Shown here one piece after another: positions 58,711-64,000 of a stretch of 64,000 bases of DNA. This stretch comes from an uncultured Planctomycetia bacterium (GTDB lineage: Bacteria > Omnitrophota > Gorgyraeia > VGKN01): NCBI GenBank assembly GCA_964506845.1, contig CAZDNS010000001.1, forward strand, positions 5,618 to 69,617. The letters run 5' to 3'. The notes under the pieces were generated by a model. The model had not been told where the DNA came from and made no database searches. It saw only the letters and a program-made list of their open reading frames with translations. The translations under genes were made by a program, and so were the position numbers. How positions within the stretch are numbered: the first letter of the stretch is position 1; the number at the start of each line of letters is the position of its first letter.

Positions 58711-59172
58711 ATGCCCACTTTTACCGCCTGATTTTTCCAGCAACTTAACCCCTTTAACCGTAATAGATTTATCTAAGGCCTTACACATATCGTAAATAGT
58801 TAGGGCGCTTATTGCTACTGATACCATTGCCTCCATTTCAACCCCTGTTTTACCCTGGGATTTTATTTCAGAAGTAACTATTATCTCAGAGTTTTTTCTG
58901 TCTATCCTAAAATTTACAGCAATACTATTTAACGATATGGGATGACACAGGGGAATAATTTCTGAGGTCTTCTTTGCCGCCATTATGCCTGATAGCCTTG
59001 CACAGGAAAAGACATCGCCCTTTGGCGAACCGCTTTTTATTATTCTGGCTAAAATCGACTTTGTTAGAGAAACCCTGGCCTGGGCTATTGCTTTTCTGAC
59101 CGTTATTTTTTTTTGCGATATATCTACCATTTTGGGATAGCCTTTTTTATCTAAATGGGTTAGTCTATTCAT
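58678..59172 (-). CDS. moaC: Cyclic pyranopterin monophosphate synthase
   Basis: MVDI, IIPLCH, TGVEMEA, YDMCKA, KSGGKSG. Confidence 0.96.
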   Translation of the reverse strand: MNRLTHLDKKGYPKMVDISQKKITVRKAIAQARVSLTKSILARIIKSGSPKGDVFSCARLSGIMAAKKTSEIIPLCHPISLNSIAVNFRIDRKNSEIIVTSEIKSQGKTGVEMEAMVSVAISALTIYDMCKALDKSITVKGVKLLEKSGGKSGHFIRLRRRPQL

Positions 59173-59181
59173 CTTTTTTTC

Positions 59182-59898
59182 TTATTCGTTCATTCTAAAC
59201 GAGATTATCACACTCAAGTTTAGAGTTTCTTTATTAAGCCCCTCGGGGAAAGACGGAAAAGGCGAGGCTTCGTTTATTCCCTCCAGAACAACTCTTTTCA
59301 GAAGAGGGTTGTCGGTTGACTCCTCGTCCAATATTGAAATATCTGCTAATTTACCATTTCTTAAAAGAGTAAAGTTTACATATATATCACCCTCTATCCT
59401 CTGCTTCGGATACCTGACAGAATCCTTTATTAACCCTCTGATGAGTTTATAATAATTTTGATATGCCTGATTTTCTTTTAAATCCTGCGTTTCTTTTTCA
59501 GCCTTAACCGTTTCTTCTTTTTTTGGGACATCCTCTTTCCTTATTCTTTCCTGAATCTTAATGTAATTATTATCCGCTTTTGGAATCTGGATTATTTTAT
59601 GGGAAGATATATCCTTTTTCTGCTGTATTTCTTGCGGTGGTGGATTCTGTTTAGGTAAAACCAATTGCTCGCTTAGCTTATTCTCTTTTGGTAAAACCGT
59701 TTCATTCTTAGGAATTGGCTGCTGTTTTAAAAAATCTGCGCTCGGGCTTGAAATCTCTACATAACTAATCTTAGGCTGTATGGTAAATAACCCTTTTGGA
59801 TAAATCCTCATATTGAAAAAGGGTAAAAAAAGAACACCGTGTATAGAAATCGAGATTACAAGCGAAACCTTAAAAGAATTGTCTGGCCGGTTAAACAT
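59182..59898 (-). CDS. TonB family energy transducer
   Basis: N-terminal TM SISIH, Pro-rich linker, ASPFP C-terminal domain. Confidence 0.8.
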   Translation of the reverse strand: MFNRPDNSFKVSLVISISIHGVLFLPFFNMRIYPKGLFTIQPKISYVEISSPSADFLKQQPIPKNETVLPKENKLSEQLVLPKQNPPPQEIQQKKDISSHKIIQIPKADNNYIKIQERIRKEDVPKKEETVKAEKETQDLKENQAYQNYYKLIRGLIKDSVRYPKQRIEGDIYVNFTLLRNGKLADISILDEESTDNPLLKRVVLEGINEASPFPSFPEGLNKETLNLSVIISFRMNE

Positions 59899-59926
59899 AT
59901 TAAAATAATAAAGTTTCTACTATTAT

Positions 59927-60009
59927 CTGAGGAGTCGGGGTGTTTTTTATATGTTTTTCCGACCTCTCATGAGCAGTCGACTTATAGAAAAACTCCCTAA
60001 CTGCTCATT
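59927..60009 (-). mobile_element. Family E element, copy E2
   Basis: Reverse complement of E1 (gtcgactgctcatgagaggtcg core identical). Confidence 0.8.
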
Positions 60010-60034
60010 ATTATCTTACCTTTTAAGGATTCTG

Positions 60035-61873
60035 TCAAAATCTTTTCTTTATCCCTGAGTAAAGCGAAAATGCCGCTGTAGCGTATCCCCTTACCTCCTC
60101 GTACTTTTTGTTCAGAAGATTTTCTATCGTGCAAAAAATATCAAGGTCGTCTGATAATTTATATGTAGCGGACAAGTCTACGCGCGCATACGGCTTCATC
60201 TTAAAGGTATTTGCCGTATTATCCCAGCGATGACCAAAATAATTTACGAGGAGTGTGGGCTTTAAATTTTTAATAAAATCCAGGTTTACATTAAGGCTTA
60301 ATTTATCCTTCGGCCTTCTTGCCAGCTCCTTGCCTGTAGAATTATCACGCGTATTCATCCTTGTGTATGAACAGTCTAAACTTAATTTTTCAAAAGGCCT
60401 AAAAGAGGTATTTAGCTCAACCCCTGCGGTCTTTGCCTTTCCTAGATTTTTATATCTGTTCGTATCAAAATCATAATCCACCATATTTTTAAACCTGTTA
60501 TTAAAATAGCCTGCTCCTAAAATAAGGTTCTTGGTAAAACCCTGTTCTATGGCAATATCATAATTTGTGCTTTCATCAGGAGACAAATTTGCATTACCAT
60601 AGGTAGGGTCATAGAGCTGGAAAAGGGAGGGCGCCTTAAAACCTGTTCCAAGGTTTGCCTTAAAGCGGGTATCTGTTTTTTGGATATGATAGGCTGAGGA
60701 TACCTTGTAGTTTGTATCCGAACCAAAGCTTGAGTGCTCATCAACCCTTATGCCCGGAGTAATAAATAATTTCTCCCATAACTTAAGCTGGTTCTGCAGG
60801 TAAAAGGCTTTATTGTTGATATGCCTCCTGTCCACATCTCTATGCGCTCCTCTTTCTTCCTCATATTCAAAGCCACCTGTTAAGGTATCTATTTCTGCGA
60901 TAAAAAGGTTGTGCTGCCAATCTATTTTTTTGTTATTTCCATAATACCAGTCATCATATGCGTCGGTTAAGTCTTTTGAATCAGGGTCATCCCTGTATCG
61001 TCTTTTAACATCAAGCCAGCTAAGGCCTAAGCTTTGCTCCCAAAAATCCTTAATTCTGTCGGTAAACTGGGTTTTAAGGGCAAGGGAATTGTTATTAACG
61101 GTATAATTCGGGTCATCATCATAGGCGGCATCGTCTATATCGGTATCGGAATTCGTATATCGCAAGATGAAATCCAGTTTTTTTTCTTCTGATATATTAA
61201 AACCCATGCGGCTTAAAAGCGTGGAATTTTCGTAACTGTCCTCTTCCTGTCCGTCTTTTGCCTTTGAGAATCCATCGGAATCAACCCTCGAAATAGAAAG
61301 CGAATGGTTTATCTTAGAGTTACCACCGCTTACCGAGAGATACTCCCTAAAGGTCTTGTAGGAACCTGCCTCGCTTGAAATTTCAAATTTAGTCTTGCCT
61401 GCCCCTTTCTTTGTTACTATATTAACCACGCCACCTATGGCATCTGAGCCATAAAGAGTAGATTGGGGCCCCCTTAAAATCTCTATCCTTTCTATGTTGT
61501 CAGGGGTTAAGTAGGCAAAATCAAAAGCCCTTCCTGCTGACATAGGGTCATTCATCTCTATGCCGTCTATCATAACCAGGGTATATTCGGGTTTAGCGCC
61601 CCTTAAAAAAACAGAGGTTTGGCCGCCCAAACCGCCTGTCTGAACAACGTTAAGCGAAGGAACGGTCCTTAATATATCCAAAACCGTGCTCTTAGCGCTT
61701 CTTTTTATATCCTCAACTCCTATTACGCTGACAGATGTGCCTAATCCTTCAATAGCCTCCTCTGTCCTGGTTGCACTCACCACAATCCTCTCAAGCCTCA
61801 CCTCTTCTGCTAAAACAATACCAGCCAAAAATAACACCATAGCCATAACATAAGTCTTTATCAAATACCGCAT
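60035..61873 (-). CDS. btuB: TonB-dependent (cobalamin) receptor
   Basis: IVVSATR, IERIEILRGPQSTLYGSDAIGGV, C-terminal Phe; behind a B12 riboswitch; ATG 61873. Confidence 0.85.
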   Translation of the reverse strand: MRYLIKTYVMAMVLFLAGIVLAEEVRLERIVVSATRTEEAIEGLGTSVSVIGVEDIKRSAKSTVLDILRTVPSLNVVQTGGLGGQTSVFLRGAKPEYTLVMIDGIEMNDPMSAGRAFDFAYLTPDNIERIEILRGPQSTLYGSDAIGGVVNIVTKKGAGKTKFEISSEAGSYKTFREYLSVSGGNSKINHSLSISRVDSDGFSKAKDGQEEDSYENSTLLSRMGFNISEEKKLDFILRYTNSDTDIDDAAYDDDPNYTVNNNSLALKTQFTDRIKDFWEQSLGLSWLDVKRRYRDDPDSKDLTDAYDDWYYGNNKKIDWQHNLFIAEIDTLTGGFEYEEERGAHRDVDRRHINNKAFYLQNQLKLWEKLFITPGIRVDEHSSFGSDTNYKVSSAYHIQKTDTRFKANLGTGFKAPSLFQLYDPTYGNANLSPDESTNYDIAIEQGFTKNLILGAGYFNNRFKNMVDYDFDTNRYKNLGKAKTAGVELNTSFRPFEKLSLDCSYTRMNTRDNSTGKELARRPKDKLSLNVNLDFIKNLKPTLLVNYFGHRWDNTANTFKMKPYARVDLSATYKLSDDLDIFCTIENLLNKKYEEVRGYATAAFSLYSGIKKRF

Positions 61874-61894
61874 TATACTATCCTCCTTTTTTGG

Positions 61895-62039
61895 AACCGC
61901 TGAAACGCCTGTCTGCCGACAGGCAGACAAAATTTGTAACCGCTAAAACGCAAAAGTTTCTTTGCGTCTTTGCGCCTACCTACCCTGACTACCGTTAGGC
62001 AGGCGGCGGGTAGGGATATTTTGCGCTTTTGCGGTTACC
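61895..62039 (-). mobile_element. Family D element copy D4 with two nested B-type inserts (61908-61927, 61975-62013)
   Basis: Shares one insert site with D3 and the other with D2. Confidence 0.85.
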
Positions 62040-62047
62040 CCTTTTTA

Positions 62048-62076
62048 ATAAAAAACCCGACCTTCGTTGGCCGGGT
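62048..62076 (-). terminator. Riboswitch expression-platform terminator
   Basis: acccggcc-aacgaa-ggtcgggt plus U-run. Confidence 0.75.
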
Positions 62077-62114
62077 GGTTTGTTAATATTTCCTTCCGTC
62101 GAAGGCATTCTCCT

Positions 62115-62222
62115 GAATGAGTAATGGACCAGACTCATCCCGAAAGTTCGGAATATTACTGTTGCGGGGCAGTGCCCGGAATTCCCTCTAAATTAGGTCA
62201 CCGGGACTTCCTTTACTCACTC
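62115..62222 (-). ncRNA. Cobalamin riboswitch
   Basis: AAAGGAAGUCCCGGUG...AAUUCCGGGCACUGCCCCGCAACAGUAA...GAGUCUGG; upstream of btuB. Confidence 0.85.
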
Positions 62223-62254
62223 GGTAAAAATTATATCTCTTAAAGAACTCTGTT

Positions 62255-62283
62255 AAATTAGCGAAACTTATACTAAATGTCAA
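62255..62283 (-). promoter_or_regulatory. Promoter of riboswitch-btuB
   Basis: TTGACA-17-TAATTT. Confidence 0.5.
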
Positions 62284-62452
62284 CAGACATTTTAGGACAT
62301 TTTTTTATAATACGACTTATATGACGCTCGCTTAATTTAAACTTATTGGCTATCCTCTTTAACGGTATCCCTTTTTCTCTCAGCCTTATAATCTGGCGAT
62401 TACGCTCGCTTAAAAAATTTGAGAATACCGTTGCTGGTCTTCTTGCTTTCAA
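62273..62452 (-). CDS. 59-aa helix-turn-helix protein (Mor-like; not in ORF track)
   Basis: TTG overlaps cobO stop; ERNRQIIRLREKGIPLKRIANKFKLSERHISRII. Confidence 0.65.
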   Translation of the reverse strand: MKARRPATVFSNFLSERNRQIIRLREKGIPLKRIANKFKLSERHISRIIKKCPKMSVDI

Positions 62453-62979
62453 AATTCAATGCCCCTTTTAGCCTTTATGCCCCTGTCAAATGGATGCTTA
62501 AGCTTTTTTATATAGCTTACTAAATCTGCCCTTTTGATTATACTAGAGGTCGCTTCCCTACCGGTTAAGATTAAATTTAAAAATGCAGGTTTAGCGTCTA
62601 ATAACATTAAAAGCTCCCTTTCCTTAATATACCCCTCCCTCAATGCGATATTAATCTCATCCAGAACCAGAAGGTCATAACCTTTCTTAAATATCCTATT
62701 TTCTATAAAATCCAGCGCCCTTTTGCATTCAGTCCTTAATTTTTCAGATGAAATTCTTTTATGGAAATGGGGGTGCTGTTTTGCAAAAGCGAAAACATCA
62801 ACGCCCAGTTTTTTTAGAATCTTTAATTCGCCATAACCCCATCTTTTATAATCTTTATGAAAAGAGATATAGCATATTTTTAAGTTATGCCCCAGCGCCC
62901 TTACAATCTGTCCAACTGCTGCAGTGGTTTTTCCTTTTCCGTCTCCTGTATAAAGATAGATTAATCCCTGTTTAGACAT
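62449..62979 (-). CDS. cobO: Cob(I)alamin adenosyltransferase
   Basis: YTGDGKGKTTAA, LDEI, LTGR, KHPF..GI.A..GIEF. Confidence 0.92.
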   Translation of the reverse strand: MSKQGLIYLYTGDGKGKTTAAVGQIVRALGHNLKICYISFHKDYKRWGYGELKILKKLGVDVFAFAKQHPHFHKRISSEKLRTECKRALDFIENRIFKKGYDLLVLDEINIALREGYIKERELLMLLDAKPAFLNLILTGREATSSIIKRADLVSYIKKLKHPFDRGIKAKRGIEF

Positions 62980-63778
62980 TTTTTGCCCCTTTTTTTATGG
63001 ATTTTGATACCAATAATACATAAGGTTTATTTGAAATCGGGTTTTTTTCCACAACCACCAGTGTGTTATAAACCTCCTCTATTATCCTGTAATCAATAAC
63101 CTCTGTAGGAGCACCTTGCTTCTTAATTCTACCCTTATCCAATAGAAGTAAATTTCTGCAGTATTCGCTTGCCAAGTTTAAATCATGCAGGATAACAACC
63201 ACAGTTAACCCATTTTTATTAAGACTGCTTAACAACTCCATAAATTCAACCTGATATCTTATGTCCAGGTGACTAACAGGTTCATCCAGAAGAATAAGCC
63301 TTGGCCCCTGGGCGAGTGCCTGGGCAAAAAGAACCCGCTGTCTTTCTCCTATGGAAAGTTGTTTAATCTTTCTGTATCGTATATCCCTTACCCCTGTTTC
63401 ATCCATTGCCTCACATATAACTTCTCGGTCAGACTTATCAAGCGTCATAAATCTATCAAGGTGGGGATATCTGCCCAGAGAAACAAACTCCTCAACCGTA
63501 AATGAAAACGGTATATCCAGAATCTGAGGCATCACGGCAATCTCCCTTGCCATCTCCCTTACCGATAAGCCTAAGATATTCTTCCCCCTGTAGGATATGG
63601 CTCCCTTTGCCGGTTTAATAACCTTGGTGAGTGCCCTGAAAAGGGTTGTCTTACCTGCTCCATTAGGACCTATTATTCCTAAAAATTCGCCCTTCTTAAT
63701 AATAAAAGAAATCTCTCTTATTATTTCCCTGTCTTCATAACCGCAGACAAGATTATCTACTTCCAGTAATCCTTCCAT
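62972..63778 (-). CDS. Cobalamin/iron-siderophore ABC transporter ATPase
   Basis: GPNGAGKT, LSIGERQR, LLDEP, LHDLNLA. Confidence 0.9.
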   Translation of the reverse strand: MEGLLEVDNLVCGYEDREIIREISFIIKKGEFLGIIGPNGAGKTTLFRALTKVIKPAKGAISYRGKNILGLSVREMAREIAVMPQILDIPFSFTVEEFVSLGRYPHLDRFMTLDKSDREVICEAMDETGVRDIRYRKIKQLSIGERQRVLFAQALAQGPRLILLDEPVSHLDIRYQVEFMELLSSLNKNGLTVVVILHDLNLASEYCRNLLLLDKGRIKKQGAPTEVIDYRIIEEVYNTLVVVEKNPISNKPYVLLVSKSIKKGAKNV

Positions 63779-63792
63779 CTTCGTAATTCATT

Positions 63793-63958
63793 TGAGGGAT
63801 CGGGGTGTTTTCTATATGTCTCCCGAGCCCTCATCCTGAGGAGCGAAGCGACGAAGGATCTCATAGATCCTTCAGCCCTTCAGGCTTCCCCGGCCCGCTC
63901 CGCTTTGCCGGGGCGGGCAGGATGAGCCCCGAGACAAAAAATTCCCCGAGGGCTCATT
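63793..63958. mobile_element. Family E-like element E4 with nested 95-bp REP-like insert (63831-63925)
   Basis: See E3. Confidence 0.85.
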
Positions 63959-64000
63959 CATTTAAGTCTTAAAACACTATCCACTCTTTGCTCTTTAATA

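Noticed and set aside
63959-64000. 3' end of an upstream ABC permease gene
   Set aside because: Likely from context, but ~40 bp is not enough to fix frame or identity.

Overview
Core chromosomal segment of a PVC-superphylum bacterium, probably Candidatus Omnitrophota. The PVC assignment rests on the small basic signature protein at 38116 and a Minf_1886-type protein at 55273; the phylum is inference. The window spans the probable replication terminus: a dif-like XerCD site lies at 47042-47069, with genes on + to its left and on - to its right. Gene content is mostly housekeeping: leu, asd, arg, lys/dap, pan, nad, uvrA, bamA/surA, a TonB-ExbBD module, an OpgH-like glucosyltransferase, PilZ and HD-GYP proteins, moa genes, and a riboswitch-controlled cobalamin uptake locus. 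The unusual feature is about 30 short non-autonomous palindromic elements from at least 7 families (A-G), with no transposase in the window. They nest up to three deep and include a precise ~20-bp micro-insert with filled and empty sites both visible. Two families dock directly against Shine-Dalgarno sequences, several copies supply stop codons, and some sit in frame inside asd, dapF, lysA and an SH3 gene. Also found: an orphan promoter-bounded structured RNA and two small ORFs missed by the ORF track (an HTH protein and a TM-Zn-ribbon protein). All calls are by eye; no database searches were run.
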